This document shows positions 48,523-58,298 of a stretch of 63,140 nt of DNA, one piece after another. The notes below the pieces were generated by a model. It had not been told where the DNA came from. It worked only from the letters and a program-made list of their open reading frames with translations, and ran no database searches. Every line of letters begins with the position of its first letter. The stretch's first letter is position 1. Source of the stretch: Alkalispirochaeta sp. (GTDB taxonomy: Bacteria; Spirochaetota; Spirochaetia; DSM-27196; Alkalispirochaetaceae); the NCBI GenBank assembly GCA_965242725.1, contig CBDESZ010000011.1:1-63140 (forward strand), in the 5' to 3' direction. The translations under genes and the position numbers were made by a program.

Positions 48523-48988
48523 CGGTAACGGCTCCTCTGACCGCGTCAACAATACGGGCGTAACCGGTGCAGCGACACAAGTTACCTGACAACCCTTCGC
48601 GAATCTCGTCCGGCGTCGGATCGGGATTGTTCAACAACAGATAGTGAGCTGCCACAACCATTCCCGGCGTACAGAAGCCGCATTGTACCGCCCCCGCATC
48701 AAGAAAGGACTGCTGTAATCGTGCGCCCGCCGGAGTCGCTGAGACACCCTCTATGGTGGTTACGTCCCAGCCATCCGCTTCCGCCGCAAGAATAAGACAG
48801 GTATTTACCGCGTCGCCGTTTACAATGGCAGAGCAGGCACCGCATTCTCCCTCGCCACAGCAGCGCTTGCTGCCGATCAGATCGAGGGTATCCCGCAGAA
48901 AGGAAAGCAGTGTGAGATGGGGTGGGACCTCCCGATGGAATGTCTCACCGTTGACGGTAAGTGTGATCGGTATGAGCTGGTCGGCCAT
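48515..48988 (-). CDS. Xanthine dehydrogenase family 2Fe-2S subunit
   Basis: CGEGECGAC, QCGFCTPG, GNLCRCTGY. Confidence 0.95.
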   Translation of the reverse strand: MADQLIPITLTVNGETFHREVPPHLTLLSFLRDTLDLIGSKRCCGEGECGACSAIVNGDAVNTCLILAAEADGWDVTTIEGVSATPAGARLQQSFLDAGAVQCGFCTPGMVVAAHYLLLNNPDPTPDEIREGLSGNLCRCTGYARIVDAVRGAVTDE

Positions 48989-49905
48989 TACACTTCCCCG
49001 TCCGTAAAATCGGCAAGACGTTGATGAGCGGACGCGAGGACCCGCCGACCGATTGCCAACAGCATCGCCGTCCGATACGCCGCACTCGCACGGACGTCGT
49101 CTATCGGACTGGTTTCAGCAATCAGCGACGCCAGCGCCGCATCGCGCCGTTCAGGGGATACCGCTGGATCAGCCAATGCGCCGCTCGTGTCGCGGACAGT
49201 TATCGGTGTCGGCCCGACCGCGCCAAAGGCAAATGTCACCGTACCGTCGCTTTGTATCAGACACGCCATGTTGATTGAGGCGAGATCGACTCCGTGCCGG
49301 CGGGTAAGGCGCCCGAACGCCGCGCCGTGTGGAGTTTTCTGTAATGGCAGGGTAATCGAAACGATCAATTCATACGGTTTGCGGATGGTCTTTCCCGGCC
49401 CCAGAAAAAACTCGTCCAACCGGACATCCCGTGATCCCTTCGGTCCGACAAGTGTTACGACGGCTCCGTGAACGAGCATAGGAGGGACGGTGTCGGCTGC
49501 GGGGGAGGCGTTACCGATATTTCCCGCCAGAGTCGCACGATTTCGAATTTGAATGGAACCGACGGTAGAAGTCGCGTCAACGAGCGCCGGAAACCGTTGT
49601 TGAATTTTCCGGTCACGGAGAAGCCGCGCAAGGACAACGCGGCCGCCGATTGTAACGTGGTCCTCTTTCCAGGTAACGGCGTCGCTAATATCACATACAC
49701 CCTTAATATCGATGATCGCCGCGGGGACAATCTGCATTTTCTGAAACCGTACCAACAGGTCGGTACCACCGTTCAGAACTCGTGCGTCCGAGCCGTAACG
49801 TTCCAGTATCGCTATGGCCTCCGAAAGGGACTCCGGCCGCTCAAAGTGTAGCTCGTTCAAGTCTTCTCTCCCGGGCCGTTCATTCAAACGTTGATCATTC
49901 TGCAC
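48988..49905 (-). CDS. Xanthine dehydrogenase family FAD-binding subunit
   Basis: GGTDLL, GSIQIRNRATLAGN..NASPAAD, PIDDVRASAAYR. Confidence 0.94.
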   Translation of the reverse strand: MQNDQRLNERPGREDLNELHFERPESLSEAIAILERYGSDARVLNGGTDLLVRFQKMQIVPAAIIDIKGVCDISDAVTWKEDHVTIGGRVVLARLLRDRKIQQRFPALVDATSTVGSIQIRNRATLAGNIGNASPAADTVPPMLVHGAVVTLVGPKGSRDVRLDEFFLGPGKTIRKPYELIVSITLPLQKTPHGAAFGRLTRRHGVDLASINMACLIQSDGTVTFAFGAVGPTPITVRDTSGALADPAVSPERRDAALASLIAETSPIDDVRASAAYRTAMLLAIGRRVLASAHQRLADFTDGEV

Positions 49906-49942
49906 TGCAGAAAAGGATCACCCCACCTCGCAGGCCCGTATT

Positions 49943-49984
49943 ATCGATTATCGATAGATTACCACCGATTATGTGGTGTGTCAA
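49943..49984 (-). promoter_or_regulatory. Promoter with operator copy 2
   Basis: Minus strand TTGACA-17-TAATCT; ATCGATTATCGAT at 49943-49955. Confidence 0.75.
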
Positions 49985-50042
49985 CAGAGACTTGAGTAGG
50001 AGATAAAAAGCGGATACCGTATATTCCTTGAAAGAGGTGCCA

Positions 50043-50714
50043 ATGAATCAGGAGACAGTCTACGCAACGTTGGATACCATGCTCGCACAACCCCGCCTCC
50101 GGAATCTCCTTACAACGGTCCGCTCTGCGTTTGAAGCTCAGGGAAGTATCGGTCACGGCTGGGAGCACGTGCGTCGTGTTATTGTAAACGCCGCGTGGAT
50201 CGGTCCGCTGGAACATGCCGATATGGATATCGTGATGCCTGCGATAATTCTTCATGATATCGGTTTCATCACGAATCCTGATGAACCCAAAAAGCATCCG
50301 GAACACGGCGCGCGGGAGTGTCGCCGTTTTCTTGACGGGTGGACCGAGGATCAACAGGAACAGATTTCACAATGTATTCTCAAACACAAAGCGGCGTATC
50401 CCGGTTACGGCGGCCTTGAACCGGCGACACGTGAAGAAAAGGTCGTCTGCGACGCCGATCAATTGGATAAGTTCGGTTGGATCGGCGTCACTCAGATGGT
50501 AAAGGTATACGTAGAGTATGGCATCAATGGATTGGAGCGTTACAAGCACCTTTCCGGTATCGTAGAAGGCTTACGTCATTTGAGTGAGATCCGCCTTTAC
50601 ACGGAAACCGGCAGACGTATTGCCGCGGAACGATCCGAACCTGACCATTTAGCCACCGCCCGCGCCCTGGAGAATGAACTGGCACTCTCGGAAAACTGGC
50701 GCGAACCGGTTTAA
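50043..50714 (+). CDS. HD domain metal-dependent phosphohydrolase
   Basis: GHGWEHVRRV, ILHDIG, H..HG, DADQLD. Confidence 0.88.
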   Translation: MNQETVYATLDTMLAQPRLRNLLTTVRSAFEAQGSIGHGWEHVRRVIVNAAWIGPLEHADMDIVMPAIILHDIGFITNPDEPKKHPEHGARECRRFLDGWTEDQQEQISQCILKHKAAYPGYGGLEPATREEKVVCDADQLDKFGWIGVTQMVKVYVEYGINGLERYKHLSGIVEGLRHLSEIRLYTETGRRIAAERSEPDHLATARALENELALSENWREPV

Positions 50715-50722
50715 GAATATAC

Positions 50723-51421
50723 CTATTCGTCCTCGTTTTTTTCGGGATCGTCGGAATCCTTTGATTCGAGACTCTCGACGATCGGTTTACCCACACTCTC
50801 TATATGTTGCCTGATCGCTTCTGCCGCCTTATCAGGATCACGGGTCTGCAACACCTCTAACAGCTCAAGATGCCGCTCCGCGATTTCTACCGGGTCCATC
50901 TTGGAAATACTTCCAGTCATCAACGAATAGCTGCCGAATTGCAGGTTGTCGTAAATGCGCAGGATCAGCTTATTACCGGACTCTCGGATCAGCGTCTTGT
51001 GGAACTCGATATTGAGCATGGTTCGGTGGGGAATATTTCCCTGCCGACCCGCTTCTACCATTTCATCTACAATCTGCTTCAGTTCTTCTATCTGCTCGTC
51101 GGTAATCTTGGGCGCAAGCTGCCGGATCGAAAGAGATTCGAGGGCCGCACGCACGGTGTAGACTTCCCAGAGATCCTGTTTGGTAAACGATCGTACCGAA
51201 ATCCCCTTGAACGGCTCACTTTCAAGGAAGCCCATCGCAATGAGGCTGCGCAGCGCCTCTCGTATCGTCGTCTGGCTGACGTTGAGCTCTTTGGCAAGAG
51301 TGCTTTCCACAATCTTGTCGCCGGGCTTGTAACGACGATAGAAAATATCTTCGATGAGCTGTTCTTTGATTTGCTCGCTTATTACAACTCTGAAGTTATT
51401 CTTTTTATTCGATCGGGGCAT
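50723..51421 (-). CDS. GntR (FadR/FCD) family transcriptional regulator
   Basis: PGDKIVE..LAKELNVSQTTIREAL, RAALE, NIEFH, ERH. Confidence 0.94.
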   Translation of the reverse strand: MPRSNKKNNFRVVISEQIKEQLIEDIFYRRYKPGDKIVESTLAKELNVSQTTIREALRSLIAMGFLESEPFKGISVRSFTKQDLWEVYTVRAALESLSIRQLAPKITDEQIEELKQIVDEMVEAGRQGNIPHRTMLNIEFHKTLIRESGNKLILRIYDNLQFGSYSLMTGSISKMDPVEIAERHLELLEVLQTRDPDKAAEAIRQHIESVGKPIVESLESKDSDDPEKNEDE

Positions 51422-51513
51422 AAACCCGCCTTTTTCCATGTTTGATGGAAATATCATTACGTAAACCCGACTGTTTTTCAATAGATCGGGTTCCTGGTCA
51501 TATCGGCCTCATG

Positions 51514-51548
51514 AAAAAACACCGACGCCCGCGGACGGACGCCGGTGC
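51514..51548 (-). terminator. Probable intrinsic terminator after the PEP-utiliser gene
   Basis: Imperfect hairpin CACCG..CG/CG..CGGTG followed by a T-run on the minus strand. Confidence 0.5.
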
Positions 51549-51595
51549 CCGACAAATGAAACTTCCGTTATTGACCCGCGAAGTATCAGTCAATA

Positions 51596-53290
51596 CTACT
51601 TGAGGATCGTAACAACCCCATTGTCACCATCGACCCGGATTTTATCGCCGGTCTTGATTTCCCGTGTGGCACTTCCGGTACCCACAACCCCCGGAATCAT
51701 GAACTCCCGTGCTACCACCGCGGAATGCGAAAGCACACCACCCGAATCGGTAACTACCGCTTTGATCTTGCTGAAGACCACGACCCAGGCAGGATTGGTC
51801 ATAATACAGACCATGATCTCGTCCTGCTTGACCTCGTCGAATTGAGCCGGGCTGGTCACGATACGCGCGATACCCTCGACGACGCCGGGGGATGCACCCA
51901 GACCCTTTACCTCGCCTTTTATTGCCGCGGGGCCGGACTCCCGTTCAAACTTTTCGGGATACCCCCAAAGCGTATGGTATGGTTCCTGGTACATGTTCCA
52001 TTCGGTGACCGTACCTACCCAGTCTTTCGGCTGTAGTTTTTTGGCCTTCTCGATTGCTGCCTTGGCATCGGCGATGGTCTTTCGACCGGGGTAGTTTTTG
52101 GGGTCTCCCACATATCGTCGCAATTGCTCGTATTCGAGCATCATGATGTCTTCAGGATCGTCCAGCATGCCCTCTTTCACCATTTTGCGCGCAACCCGAA
52201 GCAATACCAGGCGCATTCGGGCAAAGGTGCCTTGATCCATATAAAAGTGATGGTCCGGTGTAAGCGGGAACATACGGAGGTGCAGATCAAGCGCATCTTC
52301 AAACTCTTTCTTTTCTTCCGCCGAGCGATTGGCAAGCTGTTTGCGCATCCAGGCAATCGCGTCGTCCTGTTCTTTAATCGATTTGTCGTATACCGCGTTG
52401 TAGTCAAAATCGGATGCGAGGTAGTTGTTGATCTGGTCGTATATCTGCGTCTGGTCCTCAACGTACAACGGGAACACGTACTCGTGGGTATAAATTGCTT
52501 TGTAGCCGAACTCTTTCGCATACGCCCGTACCGCCGCGATGAAATCCTTGCCTTTGGCCGTTTTTTCCAACTCCGGCTCGATGTCCGACGGTTTTTTTGC
52601 TTTGTCAAATACCGCTTTGAGCTCAGGATCCCGTTTCGCCTTCTCTTTGAGCTGCCATAATCCCTTAAGACTATCCCAGTTGCGATCAGCGCGGCTCACA
52701 TTGACCTTGCCGAGCGTATCGGGGTTGACGTCCGGAATGAGTTTGTTGACAACTCCCACAAAACCCATAGAGGCGGTAAACTGCGCCCAGTTCAGTATCC
52801 AGTGGAGTCGAAAATGACGTTCCTGGATATCGATGGCCTCTTCCAGATATATCATCAGCTCTTGCAGCGTCGCATGTTCCGCATCAAAGTTGTCTATGTA
52901 CTCGAAATTGCGGAGAATTTCCGGCAGATAGCGTTCCTTCCACCACGTCATGAAATTTGTGGCGTACGTCGGCATGATCCAGCCGTAGTACTTTCCGGCT
53001 TCATCAACGTCCTTCTGCGCGCGGGGCACGATCGCGGTATAGAGATAACCGTTGATTCGCTTACCAAGCCACTTCTGGCCTGAATCTACATCGAAACGTT
53101 TAAACAGGTATTCACACGTGGGCCCCCACCATCCGTCAAGACTGAAATACATCGGTGACACGGGAAACGGAACGTGGTTGTCATCATAGAACCAGAACAG
53201 TTTCTTTTCGTCTTCGTTCTCCCATTTCACCGGGAATTTATCGTCGCCGTGAAAAGTCGCCAGTACCTTGCTGGAATCATGAATCGCCAT
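51596..53290 (-). CDS. PEP-utilising enzyme with a phospho-His swivel domain (no ATP-grasp domain)
   Basis: C-terminal GASPGVVEGIAR, MTNPAW, VVTDSGGVLSHSAVVAREFMIPGVVG, VDGDNG; large helical N-terminal region like the substrate domain of rifampin phosphotransferase or phenylphosphate synthase alpha. Confidence 0.88.
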   Translation of the reverse strand: MAIHDSSKVLATFHGDDKFPVKWENEDEKKLFWFYDDNHVPFPVSPMYFSLDGWWGPTCEYLFKRFDVDSGQKWLGKRINGYLYTAIVPRAQKDVDEAGKYYGWIMPTYATNFMTWWKERYLPEILRNFEYIDNFDAEHATLQELMIYLEEAIDIQERHFRLHWILNWAQFTASMGFVGVVNKLIPDVNPDTLGKVNVSRADRNWDSLKGLWQLKEKAKRDPELKAVFDKAKKPSDIEPELEKTAKGKDFIAAVRAYAKEFGYKAIYTHEYVFPLYVEDQTQIYDQINNYLASDFDYNAVYDKSIKEQDDAIAWMRKQLANRSAEEKKEFEDALDLHLRMFPLTPDHHFYMDQGTFARMRLVLLRVARKMVKEGMLDDPEDIMMLEYEQLRRYVGDPKNYPGRKTIADAKAAIEKAKKLQPKDWVGTVTEWNMYQEPYHTLWGYPEKFERESGPAAIKGEVKGLGASPGVVEGIARIVTSPAQFDEVKQDEIMVCIMTNPAWVVVFSKIKAVVTDSGGVLSHSAVVAREFMIPGVVGTGSATREIKTGDKIRVDGDNGVVTILK

Positions 53291-53313
53291 ACTGCCTCCT
53301 GATATGAATAATA

Positions 53314-53361
53314 ATCGATAATCGATATTTGAATGATCACCTGCGAATCACGTTCTGTCAA
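53314..53361 (-). promoter_or_regulatory. Promoter with operator copy 3
   Basis: TTGACA (minus strand, 53356-53361); ATCGATAATCGAT at 53314-53326. Confidence 0.72.
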
Positions 53362-53771
53362 GAAAAAACACCCCGATCACGTGTTCTCGGCGTATGGCCG
53401 GAACAGGACGTGGGAAGGTCCCGTCGCATCGACATCACGAGAAGGGAGAGATATGGCTGTCTGAATACTATGGAGAAGGAAAGAGTGTCGGTACCGGTCA
53501 GGTATGTTTCGAATGGTTTCGAGGGCTGAGTCGATGAGCTTCAGGCACTTTGTCACCGATAGCCCCCCCGGAACTATAGGGGGTCGGAAGACCACAACCC
53601 GTTTTACTGCAGGATGCGTAGTACTGGAAACACAGTATAGGTGCAGCTATACCGGCAGTCATCCCGCAGTAACAATTCCCGCGTCGGACGACGAACGTCC
53701 GCGCATCCGTCTCTCTTCAAAGGTCTTCCGCCCCGCCTACGTCCACGTTCTTTTGGTGGTCAGGCCGGTGG

Positions 53772-54677
53772 TCAGACCAACCCTTCGCTTTGCAGAATCT
53801 TCTCTACCTCGTCCCACAGCAGCTGCGGGTCCCGGGCGCGCACCATGTAGTACGGTTTATCTTTGGCAAAACGGCTCACAAAATCTCCCCGTGCGGCCCG
53901 AAGTTCGTCGGTATCAACGATTGGCATCACAATCCCACCGGGGGAAAGTAACTGGTTAAGACCAAAGTAGTTCATCACGCTGTGATACGTCTGGTATTCC
54001 CGTTCAAACTCTTTCATGGGAATCACCTTTGTATCAAAATGTCCGTCCATACCGGGCATGATAACGAGGTCCACCGGGGCTTCACCTTCAAATGGAATAA
54101 ACTCCGGCTCCTTGTCAAAAAACTTGCGGACGCCTTCATCCTGACTCGGCAGGTCTGCGCGCTCCGTCCCCTTGGATCGAGGTCCTACATATACGTTCTT
54201 TGAGCCCGCGATAACCAGGCCGTCATCATCGGTTACCGTAGTCTCCGTTGATATGAGCAGGGCACCGCGACGACACCCCTCTATCTGGCCCATACTTTTT
54301 CCGTGGTTGTTTTCGCCACCGAGAAAGAGGATTGTCTTGTCTTTAAAACGCACCGAGGAAGAATGGAACGGATGTATGCCCTCCATATCCATTCGCGAGG
54401 CAAGCATCGTCACGACAATCTTATTGAGCTCACCCTGTTCCCATGCTCCTGACATTAACAGCTGGTTATTCTCGTATTTAATACCCTTTTTTTTACTCCC
54501 GCGATCCCAGATAACGTCCGGTTTTGTTTTCTGTACGTCCGAACGCACACTCACCGATGCCAATCGGTAATTGACAAAGTGCATGTCCTGTAAGACATGA
54601 TCCATATCGCCGGGTGACGTCACGTCGATTCTCAAAACTGCGTTACCACTGAGGATCTCTTCACTCAGAATACCCAT
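53772..54677 (-). CDS. Hypothetical protein with an HprK/PEPCK-like P-loop
   Basis: HPFHSSSV......LFLGGENNHGKS pattern; AAGGAG RBS. Confidence 0.6.
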   Translation of the reverse strand: MGILSEEILSGNAVLRIDVTSPGDMDHVLQDMHFVNYRLASVSVRSDVQKTKPDVIWDRGSKKKGIKYENNQLLMSGAWEQGELNKIVVTMLASRMDMEGIHPFHSSSVRFKDKTILFLGGENNHGKSMGQIEGCRRGALLISTETTVTDDDGLVIAGSKNVYVGPRSKGTERADLPSQDEGVRKFFDKEPEFIPFEGEAPVDLVIMPGMDGHFDTKVIPMKEFEREYQTYHSVMNYFGLNQLLSPGGIVMPIVDTDELRAARGDFVSRFAKDKPYYMVRARDPQLLWDEVEKILQSEGLV

Positions 54678-54691
54678 CGTTGTTCTCCTTC

Positions 54692-55768
54692 TTATTGTTC
54701 CAAATTCGGTTTGACCGCTATCTTCAGAGATTTTTCTTTGCGTTTTTCAAATATATCAAGTGCCTTGGCAAACTCATTCAAAGGGAACCTGTGCGTTAAC
54801 AGTGATTCGATACCAAGGTCATTCTCTTCAACCATTCGTATTGCCTGTTCGAGGGTGTTCGGGTTTGCCCGGCATCCAACCAGATCGATTTCTTCGAGAA
54901 CCAGTTTTTTAACCGGCAGGACCGCATCGCCCTCGGGGGGAATACCCACCATTGCAATACGCCCTCCTTTTGCAACGGCATCACAGGCGGTCCGAGTACC
55001 GGCGGGCGTCCCTGTGCATTCCAGCACACGGGGAGCTCCGCGCCCTCCGGTAAGTTCCAGAACGCGCTCCAGCACCGGCTCGGTGCGGTAATTGATCGGT
55101 ATGGCCCCGAGCTTCTCGGCTATCTCCAACCGGAAACCACTGCCGGTGGCGATGACCTTTCCCGCTCCCATGTGCCGCGCCAATACGATACCGAAAAGGC
55201 CCTGTGGCCCGGTGCCGTTGATCAGAATATCCTCACCCGCCTTGAGCCCGGACCGTTGCACCATGTGGAGTGCAATGCTCAGGGGATCCATCATCGCGGC
55301 GAGATCAAAGCTCATGTTGTCGGGAATGTGAGCAACGCTTTTTATGGTTGTACTGATGTACTGCGCGTACGCTCCCTGGGTTGTATGCCCGTACTGGCGG
55401 TGATTGAGATCGTGATTACCGTAGTTGCGACAGAGTGTGAATCGGCCGGATAGACACATGTCGCAGTATCCGCACCCGGAATGACTGATCCCGCACACCC
55501 GGTCACCGGCAGAAAACCCAAACCCGCCGGCAAGGGGATCGGCTTCAACGACCACACCGGCCCACTCGTGACCCGGTATAAACGGATACCCCGGTGGCCA
55601 AAAACCGGGAAAATCACCGTTGATGATGTGCGGATCGGTACCACAAATCGTGACACTTTCCACCCGGCACAGGAGCTCATACGGCCCCGGTTTCGGTGTT
55701 GCCACCTCTACCAGTGAGAAATCGCGCGGGCCGCTGAGTTGAATCGCCTTCATCGTTTTCGGAATCAT
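54692..55768 (-). CDS. Zinc-dependent alcohol/polyol dehydrogenase (MDR)
   Basis: ICGTDPH, PGHEWAG, CGYCDMC..G...C, GTGPQG. Confidence 0.93.
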   Translation of the reverse strand: MIPKTMKAIQLSGPRDFSLVEVATPKPGPYELLCRVESVTICGTDPHIINGDFPGFWPPGYPFIPGHEWAGVVVEADPLAGGFGFSAGDRVCGISHSGCGYCDMCLSGRFTLCRNYGNHDLNHRQYGHTTQGAYAQYISTTIKSVAHIPDNMSFDLAAMMDPLSIALHMVQRSGLKAGEDILINGTGPQGLFGIVLARHMGAGKVIATGSGFRLEIAEKLGAIPINYRTEPVLERVLELTGGRGAPRVLECTGTPAGTRTACDAVAKGGRIAMVGIPPEGDAVLPVKKLVLEEIDLVGCRANPNTLEQAIRMVEENDLGIESLLTHRFPLNEFAKALDIFEKRKEKSLKIAVKPNLEQ

Positions 55769-56805
55769 CGTGTCTCCTTTTCGTTCCAATGGACCATCGG
55801 TAAACCAGGTACCGGGGCGCGGAAGTACGGAATACGTGTGCCCTTGAGGGATCCGATATAGACCGTTCCCAGATCGGGACCACCAAACGTCACGCTTGCC
55901 ATCCACGGGGCAATGCCGCGTCCCGTCTTGAAGAGCAACTCAGAGGTGACGGATTTCTGGAAAAAGGCCTCGTCGAGCTGTCTGACCAGATCCGGATCAC
56001 CCTCGTCAAGCAGGGTGATGTGTTCGCCGTCCGGTGTGATCACCCACAACTTGTCGGAATACACATGTGTTCCCCATAGATTTCCGTAATCGTCAAAGGC
56101 AATCCCGTCCGGAAACGCTCCCGGACCAAGCCGGGACGGGCCGTATACCTCGCGGTCTCTCAGGTCGCCGTTTTTATCAACACGGTACCGCAACACGTTT
56201 CCACCCGTAGTCTGAACGACATACAGGTACTCTTCGTTGCGATCCATGCGTACCTCGTTTGTAAAATGCAGACCGTCGGCAACGATGTGGATTCCCCGTT
56301 GGTCGAAGCGAGCGATGTACCCATCGTCCAGATCAGGGACCAGGGCATCTATCCAATTCTTTACTTTCGTTGTAATGGTGATCCAGATCCGGTCTTTGGA
56401 GTCTCGTAAAACAAAATTGACTTTACCGATCGGTGTACCATCGATGGTATCAAAGAGCACCGTTGTCTCACCGGTGCGCGACATCTGCTCCAATCTATCT
56501 GTTCCGAAATTGGAAATAAGGATGTCACCGTTACGGGCAAAGGCAAGACCGTTCGGCAGCGTTCCGGCGGTGAAGCGAGACACTTCGTCAGCACTTGCGG
56601 TGAAATTCTCAGAAAGCTTCTGGGTCACTATTGACTGCGATCCGTCAGGTGATATCCGCATCACCCCGCCGCGCGCGTCCGCCGACCACAGCGTTCCATC
56701 GGGTTCCGCGAGAATACACTCCGGACGTTGCAGGTTTGAACCGATATAACCTACCTGGTCCGGCGAAATCTCGAAATCCTTGATCGGGTTTCTTGCCTTG
56801 CTCAT
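55765..56805 (-). CDS. SMP-30/gluconolactonase family beta-propeller
   Basis: RPECIL, PNGLAF, FTNEV, FPDGIAFD, ASVTFGGPDL.TVY. Confidence 0.9.
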   Translation of the reverse strand: MSKARNPIKDFEISPDQVGYIGSNLQRPECILAEPDGTLWSADARGGVMRISPDGSQSIVTQKLSENFTASADEVSRFTAGTLPNGLAFARNGDILISNFGTDRLEQMSRTGETTVLFDTIDGTPIGKVNFVLRDSKDRIWITITTKVKNWIDALVPDLDDGYIARFDQRGIHIVADGLHFTNEVRMDRNEEYLYVVQTTGGNVLRYRVDKNGDLRDREVYGPSRLGPGAFPDGIAFDDYGNLWGTHVYSDKLWVITPDGEHITLLDEGDPDLVRQLDEAFFQKSVTSELLFKTGRGIAPWMASVTFGGPDLGTVYIGSLKGTRIPYFRAPVPGLPMVHWNEKETR

Positions 56806-56810
56806 TCTCA

Positions 56811-57209
56811 CTACCTCTGGAATGAATCGGTTTCCTCAAAGGGCACGTTCTCGTACATTTTGTAGTTATCAAGACCCGTCGGCGGGGCAAAAAAGCAGGC
56901 CACTTTCATTTCTTCCTCACCGGTATTTCGGATCATATGTACCTGCGCCTGTTCAAAGAGCACCGCCGTTCCCGTTTTCATCGACCGAATTTCGCCCTCC
57001 ACCCACGCTTCGCCTTCACCGGAAACGATATAAATGAGCTCTTCCCCCTCGGGATGGGAGTGAGCCGGTTGGACCGTCTCCCCGGGCATCACCCGGATCA
57101 CGCAGCTGGAAAGAAAACGCGGCTGCAACGTTTTTTCGTCGGCAATCCACCGGATGAATCGTCCGGGTATGCGTTTTTCTTCGACCTCGGACTCATGAAC
57201 AAGTTTCAT
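56811..57209 (-). CDS. Cupin domain protein
   Basis: PAHSHPEGEELIYIVSGEG, VHMIRNTG. Confidence 0.92.
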   Translation of the reverse strand: MKLVHESEVEEKRIPGRFIRWIADEKTLQPRFLSSCVIRVMPGETVQPAHSHPEGEELIYIVSGEGEAWVEGEIRSMKTGTAVLFEQAQVHMIRNTGEEEMKVACFFAPPTGLDNYKMYENVPFEETDSFQR

Positions 57210-57224
57210 TTCCGCACCTCTATT

Positions 57225-57271
57225 ATCGATAATCGATAATTAAATGTATCATTGAGGGGACCGCCTGTCAA
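57225..57271 (-). promoter_or_regulatory. Promoter with operator copy 4
   Basis: Minus strand TTGACA-17-TACATT; ATCGATAATCGAT at 57225-57237. Confidence 0.78.
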
Positions 57272-57302
57272 TAAATACCGACGACGCATGACGCAGGATC
57301 CA

Positions 57303-58173
57303 CTATTTCTTCATCGAAGCGGTCATCCGCTGATACAGGGCGTTAACGTTGTTCTCGATAACGTGGTCGAGCATGTATTCCTGTCCGATGTCGACGTTGA
57401 AGCGTTTTCCGAAATCGGCATTTGCTTTGGCGAGACATTCTTCCTTTGTCCAGCCTTTTGCCACACCCACGGCGATAGCCGTTTTCCCATTCCATGAGAA
57501 AAGCTCTCTGTACGTAGAGTTGCTCTTTACCGCACACGTCTCCATGACCGGGAATCACGATATCCGCGTCGAGACCCATTAATCGTTCCAGCGACTCAAT
57601 CCACTGACGAATGTCGGAGACGTACAACCACGTCTGGCACCCATTAAAAACGGTGTCCGACGCAAAAACGACGCGTTCTTCCGGCACATAGACTGCCAGC
57701 TCACCCGGTGTGTGTCCCGGGGTACTGAGCAGCTCAAAGGTGGTTTCACCAACCTTCAGGGTCGTATCACCGGTGATAATCGTGTCCGGTCGATTGGGGT
57801 CTTCAAAATAGGTCTTCTCGTCCGGAAAAATGGAAATACCGTCCGGATCGTCCGTAGGCATCGCTTCCTTTGCATATTCAAAAGGGTTGATTTCCGGCGA
57901 CACCGTCATGAAATTGTCGGCGGTAACCTGGTGAGCTATCACATGTTCCGCCGACTTGAAATAGTAGTTACCAAAAATATGGTCAATGTGATATTCCGTA
58001 TTAATCAGATACCGGATCGGTCCGTGCTTTTCCGCTTCTTCACGCATTTTCACTGCGTGCGTTGGTAGTTGTGGTGTATCGATCACTACCACACCGTCGC
58101 TCGTGACGACGTATCCCGGATTACATCCGCGGATTTTTGTTTCTGCAAATACATTCTTCGTTACTTGTTGCAT
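57303..58173 (-). CDS. MBL-fold metallo-hydrolase (cyclase-like), +1 frameshift near 57487
   Basis: VIDTP, NTEYHIDH..GN, TPGHT, PGHG; C-terminus continues in ORF 57303-57545 (KTAIAVGVAKGW). Confidence 0.85.
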
Positions 58174-58202
58174 CGTCTATACTCCTCGAAAAATCTGTTC
58201 CT

Positions 58203-58242
58203 ATCGATAATCGATTATTATCCAGGACGTAACAATTGTCAA
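58203..58242 (-). promoter_or_regulatory. Promoter with operator copy 5
   Basis: Minus strand TTGACA then an AT-rich -10; ATCGATAATCGAT at 58203-58215. Confidence 0.75.
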
Positions 58243-58298
58243 CCTGTCGAACATCGTCTCACCGGTTCCATTACGATTCTCCGACGGCGAGTTTCTTC

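Noticed and set aside
46276..49905. Aerobic CO dehydrogenase coxMSL
   Set aside because: The active-site loop is AMRGFG, not the form I AYxCSFR; generic xanthine dehydrogenase family
51596..53290. Rifampin phosphotransferase (resistance gene) or PEP synthase
   Set aside because: No ATP-grasp domain, and it is embedded in a catabolic regulon
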